Positions 56,071 to 64,000 of a stretch of DNA of 64,000 bases are shown piece after piece. The translations under genes were made by a program, and so were the position numbers. The notes beneath the pieces were generated by a model. It saw only the letters and a program-made list of their open reading frames with translations, had not been told where the DNA came from and did not search any database. The first letter of the stretch is position 1. Each line of letters starts with the position of its first letter. Source of the stretch: a virus; IMG/VR virus record IMGVR_UViG_3300043449_002292, positions 32,001-96,000 of that record. One strand, given 5' to 3'.

Positions 56071-59000
56071 TTATACGAACTCAACACCCGCGGGGGTGAT
56101 GATAAAGTCGACAGCGATGAACTCAACCGCGCGGGTTGGGACCACGATAATCCTACCGTTGAGCCTGCTGGCCTCTACGTCAGCCTGGGTGTTGTTGGTA
56201 TCATCGCAGATGATCCTGAACTGCTCAACTCCCGCCTGTGCCTTCACAAGGGAAAGCAGCGGGGTCGCACGATCGACGAATGTCTTCCTTGTCGTTGCAT
56301 CGTTGGGCTCGAAGAGAAGACCACGCGCGACGCCGAGAATGATCCTCTTGAGCTCCAGGAAGAGACGACGGACATTGACGCGATCGAAAGCTGACTTCGA
56401 GAGCTGCAGGGTCTTCTGTCCGAAGATGACGAACCCGCTACCCGGGAAGGTTGCGATCGGGTTGATCGAATTCTCGTAGAGGTAATCACGATCAGCTGCC
56501 GAGAGTCGAACCTCAACGTTGCCTACGAAATCGAGAGCAGCGCGGTTGAAGCCTGCGGGAGCATACCACGGGTAGGAGACCCTGTCACCGTATCCGATCG
56601 CTCCGAGCGCCGCCACCGATGCGGGCACCTTGACCTTACGGTTCGTCGTCGTATCATTCACAAAGACGTCCGGGAAGTAAGTCGCGACGTAGTTGCTGTT
56701 GATCGCGCGGGCGGTGAGAGCATCCGTCGTCTTCGTCACATTGGGCTTCGTTCCTGAATCCTCAAAGATTCGAACGTTCGCATCAGTGTAGGACGGCATG
56801 TCGAGGACATACATTCCAAGAGCGTAGCTTGGAAGTCGACGGGTGATGTAATCGGTAATCAGCGGCTCCTTGATTCCCGGCGTAGCGATCACGTTGACGT
56901 TGACCGTCAGCTTGTCTGTCATGAGCTTCGAGGCGACACGATATGAATTGATCGCGTTGTTGCTGAGGTTGTCACCCGCAGGATCGTATCCCAGACCCGA
57001 TCGAGCAAGCGGTTCGGATCCACCGACAGCCAGACCGCCCGTATCCGTCGACGTTGCGCGATCACCGAGGCGAGCCGCTGCAGCGTCGAGGACGTTGAGA
57101 CCGTCGAATCCACCGTAGAAGATCGTGGAGAACTTCGCATACTCGGAGAATTTGTTGAATGTGTTGACGGAGCCCGACAGAAGCGAGGCGAAAGTAAGCC
57201 TGCTCAGGGAGCTGTCGGTGATCCTATAGTCCACAGCATCCGGAACCCCGTTACGTATGTAAGCAGCCTCCTTCATGTGGGCCTCGATGGTTCCCGTTAC
57301 ATCGGAGAGCGTCTGATTGGAAAGGGCGACACGTGCCAGCGTGAACTTGTTGGCGTTGAAAGCATCAGCATCCGAGCCGGTCAGCAGCGCGTCGAGCTTC
57401 TGAATCCCCTGGAACTTTGAGTAAGCGAGAACCAGAGGGTTGAAGGCGTAACCAGCGTTCGCGTCCATGACCGAGTTCTCAATTTTACCCGAGACGGTTC
57501 CGGACGGGACGAGCTTCTCAAACTTCACACCCCAGTGCAGGCGGGAGTCTGGGATCTCGAGGATTCCCGGCGACCCGATGTATGATGAGCCGTCAACAGT
57601 TCCCCTCGTTGCCTTGAAGCGGAACGGAAGCGGTGGGACAATAGAGCCGGTCAGGCCCGTTGCGATCGAGCTGCTGCAGGCGAGGCGTGGTAGCACCCCT
57701 CCGCCAGAGCCGTAGGTCCTCGTTCCGATGATGAGGGCGCTCTGCGTATCCGTAAGGGTCTGGGTCGTGCGAACGACAGGAACACCGCGGAAACCGAAGG
57801 GCAGGGCGTTCGTTGGAACCGCGCCGGAATCAAGCTGGCTGGAAATCCGCACTCGAATTCGACGGCTCGCGTTCGGGAACTTACCGCTGATCAGCAGCCT
57901 CTGCTCCGACTCATCCGCAGCATCGAAGTTGAAGGTTACCTTACGATCTCCGATCTTCTTGGCAACGTAGTTCGTGCTGTTCGGATTGAGATCGCAGCCA
58001 GTGAAGCTCTCGAGAACCTTCGTCGATGTGTCGGTGTCGAAGAGATCACGAACCAGGACGTCGAACGTTCCGTATGGGTTCTTCGGATCCGTGGAGGCCT
58101 TCATGTTGACGATCGAGATCTTGAAGAGATCGTTGCCTGAGGAACCATCCGTGAGGGTCTCGAAGTGGAAGAGGTCATACTCAAAACCACCATACGGCTG
58201 CGAGATGATCGCTGGGGTCCGCGGGGTCGTGTAGCGGGTATCGTAACGTCCGAACTTCTGCAGGAAGAGGTCGTTTGAGCCTGAGGCGATCGCGATGCAG
58301 CTGTCACCGGTCGTATCGATGGGAGCAAGCTCGTCCTCAACCGGAAAATCGACGTAGAGCAGGTGCTGCTCGTCCTGGAACTTGCGGGGGTCCGTGTTGA
58401 GAACCTTTCCGAAGTAGTCCGTAGCGTTGGGGTCGAAGGACGCGGTCAGTATCCTGACGCCAGAGACCGAATCGGTCGTTCCGAACGTGGCACCCTGTGA
58501 TGAGGAGATTACGAACTTGAACTTCTTGTATGTTGTGGAGTTTGAATCGAGATCCGTCGAGGCGATGTCATCGAAAGCTGCTCCCGTCCCGCTCCACTGC
58601 GATGCCGCCCCGGTCATGTCAAGGACCATACCGCGGGCGCCGGTTGGGAAGAACAGCATACCACGAACGACGTTTATCGTGTCGTTCGAGGTTGGGTTGA
58701 AGCTCGGGTTATCGCTGAAAACCGGGAATCCACGCCACTCGGAGGGAGTTGACGTATCGGATGGCAGCTTGTGACGAGCAACGAGGAACTGCACCGCGCC
58801 AGTCTTACGAAGGTCGGTTGGGGGCTGGGCGACTGTTGAGCCGAGGACCTTGAAACCAGCGTTACGAACGGTTCCCTGTCCAGCTGTCGTGGAGAAATCA
58901 GAGGTGGTGGCATTCGCACCCGCGCCGAGGACGCGGATGAATGTGAGGGCACCCTTGTTCTTCAGCCACTCGTTCGCGGCGTAAGAGGCTGGACGATCCG

Positions 59001-59184
59001 GGTCGAGGCCACCGAAGCGTGCCTCGAAGTCCGAGAACGACGCGACGATGGTGGGCACGAAGGCAGGACCGGATGCGGCTGCACCGATGAGACCGCCAGG
59101 AACCCCAGTGGGCTGGGCTCCGGGTGCGGTGAGCTCAATCTCCTGCTCGAAAAATCCAGGAGAGCGAAATACCTGTTCCGACAT
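56071..59184 (-). CDS. Tail sheath protein (paralogue 1)
   Basis: SPGFFEQEI, GPAFVP, WYAPAGFNR, FGQKT, DRVNVRRL, PTRAVEFIAVDF; ATACTTA at 59220-59226. Confidence 0.93.
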   Translation of the reverse strand: MSEQVFRSPGFFEQEIELTAPGAQPTGVPGGLIGAAASGPAFVPTIVASFSDFEARFGGLDPDRPASYAANEWLKNKGALTFIRVLGAGANATTSDFSTTAGQGTVRNAGFKVLGSTVAQPPTDLRKTGAVQFLVARHKLPSDTSTPSEWRGFPVFSDNPSFNPTSNDTINVVRGMLFFPTGARGMVLDMTGAASQWSGTGAAFDDIASTDLDSNSTTYKKFKFVISSSQGATFGTTDSVSGVRILTASFDPNATDYFGKVLNTDPRKFQDEQHLLYVDFPVEDELAPIDTTGDSCIAIASGSNDLFLQKFGRYDTRYTTPRTPAIISQPYGGFEYDLFHFETLTDGSSGNDLFKISIVNMKASTDPKNPYGTFDVLVRDLFDTDTSTKVLESFTGCDLNPNSTNYVAKKIGDRKVTFNFDAADESEQRLLISGKFPNASRRIRVRISSQLDSGAVPTNALPFGFRGVPVVRTTQTLTDTQSALIIGTRTYGSGGGVLPRLACSSSIATGLTGSIVPPLPFRFKATRGTVDGSSYIGSPGILEIPDSRLHWGVKFEKLVPSGTVSGKIENSVMDANAGYAFNPLVLAYSKFQGIQKLDALLTGSDADAFNANKFTLARVALSNQTLSDVTGTIEAHMKEAAYIRNGVPDAVDYRITDSSLSRLTFASLLSGSVNTFNKFSEYAKFSTIFYGGFDGLNVLDAAAARLGDRATSTDTGGLAVGGSEPLARSGLGYDPAGDNLSNNAINSYRVASKLMTDKLTVNVNVIATPGIKEPLITDYITRRLPSYALGMYVLDMPSYTDANVRIFEDSGTKPNVTKTTDALTARAINSNYVATYFPDVFVNDTTTNRKVKVPASVAALGAIGYGDRVSYPWYAPAGFNRAALDFVGNVEVRLSAADRDYLYENSINPIATFPGSGFVIFGQKTLQLSKSAFDRVNVRRLFLELKRIILGVARGLLFEPNDATTRKTFVDRATPLLSLVKAQAGVEQFRIICDDTNNTQADVEASRLNGRIIVVPTRAVEFIAVDFIITPAGVEFV

Positions 59185-59250
59185 CAGTTGCTCCTAATCT
59201 TAATGGGCTAATCAAAAGCTAAGTATGTCATAGGAGCGGAAACGACGCAG

Positions 59251-60516
59251 TCATTTTAAGTCCTTGTCGGACTTTGCGATTCTCCTGACGGTCGTGAGAA
59301 CTTCCTCTCCGTGGGCCGCAGAAACCCTCCTGACCCTCACGGTCACGTCCATGGGTTTACCCGTTATGGGATCCTCGGTGAGTCTCCTGGTGGTGCTGCG
59401 GGTTCGCAGCGAGGTAGATTCCATGCCTCCCACAGCCGTCGTCGGATTCTCCCGAATCCCGCTTCCGACCCGCTGGTTTCCACCCGCTGCGCGCTCAGCC
59501 TGACGATCCGTGCTTGTGCCGATGGAACCTTGAATCTCCGGCCCGTCGACGGTCGCGATGGGATCGAGGATCCTAGAATCGATCCGCATGTCGGCGAAGT
59601 TGCCCGGGGGCTCCGGATCGACCATGCCGTTGATTATTCCGAACGAGAACTGGGTCGCTGAGACTGTCCTCCTGATGCCGTTCGGAATTCCAGGTGATGA
59701 TGGCAGGACGATGAAGGCTGGGATGGAGGCCTTCAGGGTGTGCTTGATCGCGCGTTCATCATCGCTCATGTTGTCGAACGTGGTCTCGGACGAGACATCG
59801 GGGTCGAATGTGGCGTTGAACCAGTAACCCGAATCCGTCTCAAGGCGGTAAGATCTCGCGCGGACGTTGTGGTAACCGCTCAGTATCGTGGTCAGGATCT
59901 CGTTGCTATGCTGCATGAACTGCGTCCATAGGGTGATCTCGTAGCTTGCTGTGAAGAATTTCGGAACTGGGATGGAGATTGTCTCGTAAATTCCAGCACC
60001 GAGATTAGGCTCGAGAAGGCGACCACCTGCCATCCGCCCTGGTCGATCCAGACTGTCACGTCTGGAGCCGGTGGTTGGTGCTCCCACAGATTCCAGGCCG
60101 AGCGAGTTGATCACACGCTGGTAGATGGGATCGTCCTCGGACAGTCGACGCTTCACATCGATCGTGCCGATGTCACCCATCTCAATGATCTTCTGCGCTT
60201 CCTGCGCAACACCTGACCTCTGTATCGTGATCAGCGGAAGTATCAATGCGCCGTTCTTGTCCCGCAGCGGTTGCTTCCTGCGGGTGATCGCGAAACGCTC
60301 ACCTGTCGCGAAGATGATGGGAACCTTCTTCGTGGATCCATCCTTCTGCCTGTAGATGAGGGGCAGGTCCTTGTCGAAGAGGTTGAAGAGCGCGCGGTCG
60401 ACGTCCTCCAACCCGACGCTCGGGATGACCAGATCCTCGGGAACTGCCGAACCCTCGTAACCAAGATCGATCTTGTCGCGTCCGTAGCGCTTCCCAACAG
60501 CATACCTTGTGCTCAT
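59251..60516 (-). CDS. Tail terminator / sheath stabiliser (gp15-like)
   Basis: KVPIIFATGERF...LPLITIQR, PKF..SYEITLWT; position between neck and sheath. Confidence 0.7.
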   Translation of the reverse strand: MSTRYAVGKRYGRDKIDLGYEGSAVPEDLVIPSVGLEDVDRALFNLFDKDLPLIYRQKDGSTKKVPIIFATGERFAITRRKQPLRDKNGALILPLITIQRSGVAQEAQKIIEMGDIGTIDVKRRLSEDDPIYQRVINSLGLESVGAPTTGSRRDSLDRPGRMAGGRLLEPNLGAGIYETISIPVPKFFTASYEITLWTQFMQHSNEILTTILSGYHNVRARSYRLETDSGYWFNATFDPDVSSETTFDNMSDDERAIKHTLKASIPAFIVLPSSPGIPNGIRRTVSATQFSFGIINGMVDPEPPGNFADMRIDSRILDPIATVDGPEIQGSIGTSTDRQAERAAGGNQRVGSGIRENPTTAVGGMESTSLRTRSTTRRLTEDPITGKPMDVTVRVRRVSAAHGEEVLTTVRRIAKSDKDLK

Positions 60517-61166
60517 TCGTCACCGTAGAATGATGAGTTGATCCCATCAGGAGAGACCTTCTTGGGTCCGGTGATGGGAGCATCGAGCTTACCGTCCGCC
60601 TGCAACTCGCGCCGGTCCGCCGTTGTGCCGAGCTCGTTCGTAGCCGCCCCTCGTTGCTGGACGAAGGTGTCCTGGGAAACCCGCTCCGTCTCGTATGTTG
60701 CCGCGGCGGGGCCCTGGAACGCCTTGTCGATGAGACCCTCGCGAGCCTGCTTACCCATCAACTTGTAACCCGTCACGTGCTCCACCTGCCCGAAGATCTT
60801 GCTGATCGTGATGACCTGGGTAATCTCGAAGAAAACTGCACCGTATGAGAAGAAATCTCCCATTTTTAAGCGAAGCCCCTTATCGACGAGGTCCTGAGAG
60901 TGTATCCTCACCTCAATCGCGTGGAACTTCTCACTGCCGAACTTGTTCGTCTTTACCTCGCCCGCCGACCACTCAACGAGAGCATCGATCTCGAGCGGCG
61001 CATCGAACACCTTCTCGGTCGACTCCTCGTAAACATCGTGAACCTGCGTGACATCGACACGGATCGGATAATAGAAGATCTTCTGGCCGATAACGTCCTT
61101 GATGATCTCCTTTGTGAGGTCGCTGATTAGATCAAGCTCACGGGGTGTGATGAAGAGCCGCGCCAT
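60513..61166 (-). CDS. Neck / head-closure protein (gp14-like)
   Basis: GQKIFYY, VYEES..K.F, GDFFSYG..FFEI; synteny. Confidence 0.7.
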   Translation of the reverse strand: MARLFITPRELDLISDLTKEIIKDVIGQKIFYYPIRVDVTQVHDVYEESTEKVFDAPLEIDALVEWSAGEVKTNKFGSEKFHAIEVRIHSQDLVDKGLRLKMGDFFSYGAVFFEITQVITISKIFGQVEHVTGYKLMGKQAREGLIDKAFQGPAAATYETERVSQDTFVQQRGAATNELGTTADRRELQADGKLDAPITGPKKVSPDGINSSFYGDE

Positions 61167-61169
61167 GCA

Positions 61170-62342
61170 TCACCCGATGGTGATCACGCGGCCCATAGGA
61201 ACCGGGATCGCCTTGAGTATCTTCTGTTGATTATCAATCTCGGAAGCTTTCGTCTCGATGAGCTTGTTGTATGTCATCGAGTCGAGCATCTCCTTCAGGT
61301 CCGTCCTCAGCTTTTCCTTCTCCTCCTTCCCGGCTGATTTCAGGTCGCCTCCATCAAGCTGGAGCTCGCCGCCCGGGATCGGAACCGATCCAAATTTTGA
61401 CCTGATCATACCGAGCAGCTCCTTGCAGAGCGCGAGGGTGTACTGCCTCACCCACTGACGTGCCATGGAGTTGACCCGTGAATACTGGAAATTACCGTAG
61501 GGAACGTTGGAGAGGTTCGAGACGCCGTTGATGGAGTTGTCGGTAAAAGCTGGTGTCAATGGGTTGGACTCAAAGCCCACGCGAACCCAAAGCTTCAACG
61601 GGTTCTCGGCGGTGGGGGTCGGAAAGATCCTAATCTTCGTGCCTGTCACCCTGTAGCTGTAGTTTGAGCGACGGACGCGGTTGGAGATGTTCATCTGCCC
61701 GCCGCGGAGGATATCCTCGAAGACTGGTAGGACGTAGAAGACGGTCTCCGGTGTGAACGACTCGAACGAGAACTCGTTGTTGAGGTAGTTGATCGCCGAA
61801 GTGGTATCGAAGAACCTGTATGCAGCCGAGGGATTGAAGTGCATGATCTCGAAGACACGCATCTTCCGATGCTCAGGGTTGAGGGATGAGCTGACGATAG
61901 GGGTGTTCGTTGCTGGATCCACGAGATCGGTGTAGAGATCGTAGTCCTGGACATTCTGGCGGAGCTGTATCGACCCAGAGACCGAGTTGTACGTTCCTCC
62001 GAGGCCTGCCTCCACAGCGTAGGGCTCCGCGAGACGTATGATGTAGTTCAGCGTGTCGCGTGGAAACTTCTGGGTCGCGCTATCGAGGCTGCTCGTCTGC
62101 ATTCCAAGCAGCGAGAGCAGCTGGCTCTTCGCCTGGTACTGGTTGACGATCGAGCCGTACTCAAGGAATGCCTCCTCGAAGCAAGCCCAGATCTGCTTCC
62201 TGGTGAGCTCGACCGAGAGTATATCATCCCCGAGCCGTCGCTTCACGAAGGTGATCATCGCGTCCGCCTCGGTCTGAAAGTTCGAGTCGGAATCGAAGAA
62301 GCCGAATGGTGTCGGACTTAGTGTGCTGGTAAACGATGACAT
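61170..62342 (-). CDS. Neck / head-tail adaptor (gp13-like)
   Basis: RRLG....VELT, WVRQYTLALCKELLG.IRSKF..PIPGG..LDG. Confidence 0.8.
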   Translation of the reverse strand: MSSFTSTLSPTPFGFFDSDSNFQTEADAMITFVKRRLGDDILSVELTRKQIWACFEEAFLEYGSIVNQYQAKSQLLSLLGMQTSSLDSATQKFPRDTLNYIIRLAEPYAVEAGLGGTYNSVSGSIQLRQNVQDYDLYTDLVDPATNTPIVSSSLNPEHRKMRVFEIMHFNPSAAYRFFDTTSAINYLNNEFSFESFTPETVFYVLPVFEDILRGGQMNISNRVRRSNYSYRVTGTKIRIFPTPTAENPLKLWVRVGFESNPLTPAFTDNSINGVSNLSNVPYGNFQYSRVNSMARQWVRQYTLALCKELLGMIRSKFGSVPIPGGELQLDGGDLKSAGKEEKEKLRTDLKEMLDSMTYNKLIETKASEIDNQQKILKAIPVPMGRVITIG

Positions 62343-62365
62343 CGCTCTTCCCCAGCCCTAAATAG

Positions 62366-62392
62366 GAACGAGCAGGGAACACCTGCTCGTTC
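62366..62392 (-). terminator. Hairpin/terminator abutting a promoter-like motif
   Basis: gaacgagcagg-gaaca-cctgctcgttc 11-bp stem immediately followed on the minus strand by CTATTTA (62359-62365). Confidence 0.7.
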
Positions 62393-62414
62393 TCTAATCA
62401 ATTGTTTTTCGATC

Positions 62415-63623
62415 TCAGACGAAGGAGGAAATCAGCATCCGACGACCACCACGATTCATACTGTCCATCAGGTGATGGGCTGCCGAGAACTGATACATCT
62501 CAACGGCGAGCTTACGCATCTCGCTCTCATACAGGGCGGCCCTTCGAGCACGTATCCTGGACTCCGACATCGTCTTCGCACCTGCTGGCGCAGCAGGACG
62601 AATCGCAGCTGCCGCCCCAGCGGTCGCTGCCGACGCTTTAGCAAGGCCACGGGAGGCTGCGTCCAGGGCGTTCGCGATCATGGTGCGAACAGCATTAGCG
62701 GCTTTACCTGCAAGACCGATAAGAAAATCTATGAAGGATATGAAAGCCATTCCCGTCATGATAGCGCCCACACCGACCGCAGTCAAGAGAGTTTCCACTG
62801 CAGCCACAGCACTTTTGAGCGTGTTCTTTATGAAGTTTAGAACCTCCTGAAGACCTGCTTTCATGGCACTTTGAACGTTGGTTACAAAGTTTGCCCATGC
62901 CGTGCCCATGGCGTCCTTAAAAATTTTCAGGTTGCAGTCTGTCGCAAACTTCTGTTTCGCCCGAAGCTGATCATTTATCAATGTGCTAAGAGCAGAGAAC
63001 GTTCCTGCGAGGGCCTCAATCGCTCCCTCGGACAATCCTGCGGTGAACGCGGCGCCCGCCATGCGAGCGGCAGTCTGGAGAGCGCCCGTGAGTCCACCCT
63101 GTCCGCCAGCCGTGCGTAAACTGCTCGCCATCTTGGAGAAGGTGCTGGCAGTCGCTTCCTGTATTCTCTCGGTTGCGATCAGCTCTGCTGTCACAGCTCC
63201 CACCCTTCCTGCCAGTCCGACCGCGGCGAGGGCGTCGGGTAGACTCTTCACAAAAACTTCGATTCTACAGGCGTCGTCCACACCTGGACGGCCCGGGACG
63301 TCAGGGCTCGGAGGGGCACCGCCACCGCCAGCCGCAGCGGGCTTATTCTTCAGCTGGGCAGCGACAGCCATGATGGCCGTGGCAGCCTTCGATCCGGCGG
63401 CAACGGGCTTCAGCGGCTGACCTAGCTTCGCTGTCTGAACCGCGTTGGTGCTGATATCGGCGCTGTAGCTGTAGGTGGCATCCTGCCACGTGACCACGTT
63501 ACCGGCGACCTTCACATTCTTTGCCTCCGCAGCTTGAGCAGCAGTGGAAGCCTGCTCCATGAGGTATGATCTCCTCATCTCCTGGTTGACGATGGCACGA
63601 AGCTGTGACTCAGTTATCCTCAT
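62415..63623 (-). CDS. Ala-rich protein with IIREE-type leader and a hydrophobic segment; candidate ejected/internal protein
   Basis: MRITESQLRAIVNQEMRRSYLMEQ; LLTAVGVGAIMTGMAFISFIDFLIGL. Confidence 0.75.
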   Translation of the reverse strand: MRITESQLRAIVNQEMRRSYLMEQASTAAQAAEAKNVKVAGNVVTWQDATYSYSADISTNAVQTAKLGQPLKPVAAGSKAATAIMAVAAQLKNKPAAAGGGGAPPSPDVPGRPGVDDACRIEVFVKSLPDALAAVGLAGRVGAVTAELIATERIQEATASTFSKMASSLRTAGGQGGLTGALQTAARMAGAAFTAGLSEGAIEALAGTFSALSTLINDQLRAKQKFATDCNLKIFKDAMGTAWANFVTNVQSAMKAGLQEVLNFIKNTLKSAVAAVETLLTAVGVGAIMTGMAFISFIDFLIGLAGKAANAVRTMIANALDAASRGLAKASAATAGAAAAIRPAAPAGAKTMSESRIRARRAALYESEMRKLAVEMYQFSAAHHLMDSMNRGGRRMLISSFV

Positions 63624-63639
63624 TTTATCTCCTAAAATC

Positions 63640-64000
63640 TTATCTATCTACGAGAATATGCTCAAGCAGCGATTTTAGCAGGATTCTCCTGCCATCTTGG
63701 ATATCACCGCGTTCCCCTTTAACTATTCCCCAGTACATGTTTTTCATCTCCTGGTTCAGGTTTTTTGGAACGTAGCTATCGAATGATGACTTATCACCAG
63801 CCGCGATGAATCCACGCATCATGGTTCCTGAGATCTGCGTGGTTTCCGACCTTGGAACTGCGACCTGCTGGAACTTCTCCAGCACGGCAGGATCTTTGAT
63901 CGTGCTCCTCATCTTGGCAGGGGAGTACTTGACTTTCGCATCCTCAACATCGGAGTAGAAGATGAAGCGACTGACGATGCCCTTCAGGTCTCGCATCTTG
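63640..64000 (-). CDS. C-terminus of a cytidylyltransferase-like (HxGH family) protein; start outside the window
   Basis: ISGTMMRGFIAAGDKSSF...VP matches the ISxTxxR C-terminal motif; the N-terminus is not visible. Confidence 0.5.
   Translation of the reverse strand, partial: KMRDLKGIVSRFIFYSDVEDAKVKYSPAKMRSTIKDPAVLEKFQQVAVPRSETTQISGTMMRGFIAAGDKSSFDSYVPKNLNQEMKNMYWGIVKGERGDIQDGRRILLKSLLEHILVDR

Noticed and set aside
39701-59184. Bacterial contractile injection system (eCIS/tailocin) rather than phage
   Set aside because: Neck proteins, a full replisome and nucleotide-metabolism genes on one strand indicate a phage genome.
435-63420. Numerous plus-strand and alternate-frame ORFs in the track (e.g. 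31835-32776, 13109-13783, 11441-12196, 29443-30111)
   Set aside because: They are shadows of long minus-strand genes with strong codon bias; they have no RBS, motifs or independent context.
1-64000. Stop-codon reassignment (alternative genetic code)
   Set aside because: Long genes are intact under the standard code, and TAA, TAG and TGA all terminate genes at sensible positions.

Overview
This 64 kb window is a segment of a large, GC-rich, myovirus-type (contractile-tailed) phage genome. Every credible gene is on the minus strand. Reading from right to left it contains: (i) a neck/tail module with gp13/gp14/gp15-like proteins, two ~1000-aa tail sheaths, a tail tube, a chaperone with a probable programmed frameshift, a tape measure and baseplate proteins; (ii) a replication/recombination block with a truncated PolA-like protein, an HD-like protein, a gp32-like SSB, RecA/UvsX, a 5'-3' exonuclease, a DnaB-like helicase and NrdJ; (iii) accessory genes ClpP, glutamine synthetase II, ThyX and an M15 endolysin; (iv) a repair/sanitising cluster with MBD4-like and Nei-like glycosylases and a dCTPase/dUTPase; (v) fibre-like virion proteins; (vi) a tightly coupled operon of DnaE, a BGT-like glycosyltransferase, a dNMP kinase, a dCMP-type thymidylate-synthase homologue, an NDP-sugar epimerase, a cupin, thymidine kinase, a DHH phosphoesterase and dCMP deaminase; (vii) a block of probable internal head proteins, including an Fe/Mn SOD. 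The best candidate novel system is a sugar-hypermodified cytosine pathway that carries its own nucleotide-sugar enzymes and dedicated glycosylase repair, in a DnaE-based phage. The second is a shared N-terminal 'ITESxLRxIIREE...LxE' leader, a putative capsid-targeting/cleavage signal, on unrelated cargo proteins. A late-promoter motif ATANTTA lies upstream of about 17 mostly virion genes. I saw no tRNA, rRNA, CRISPR array, intein or intron. All family calls come from motif recognition by eye; no database search was run.
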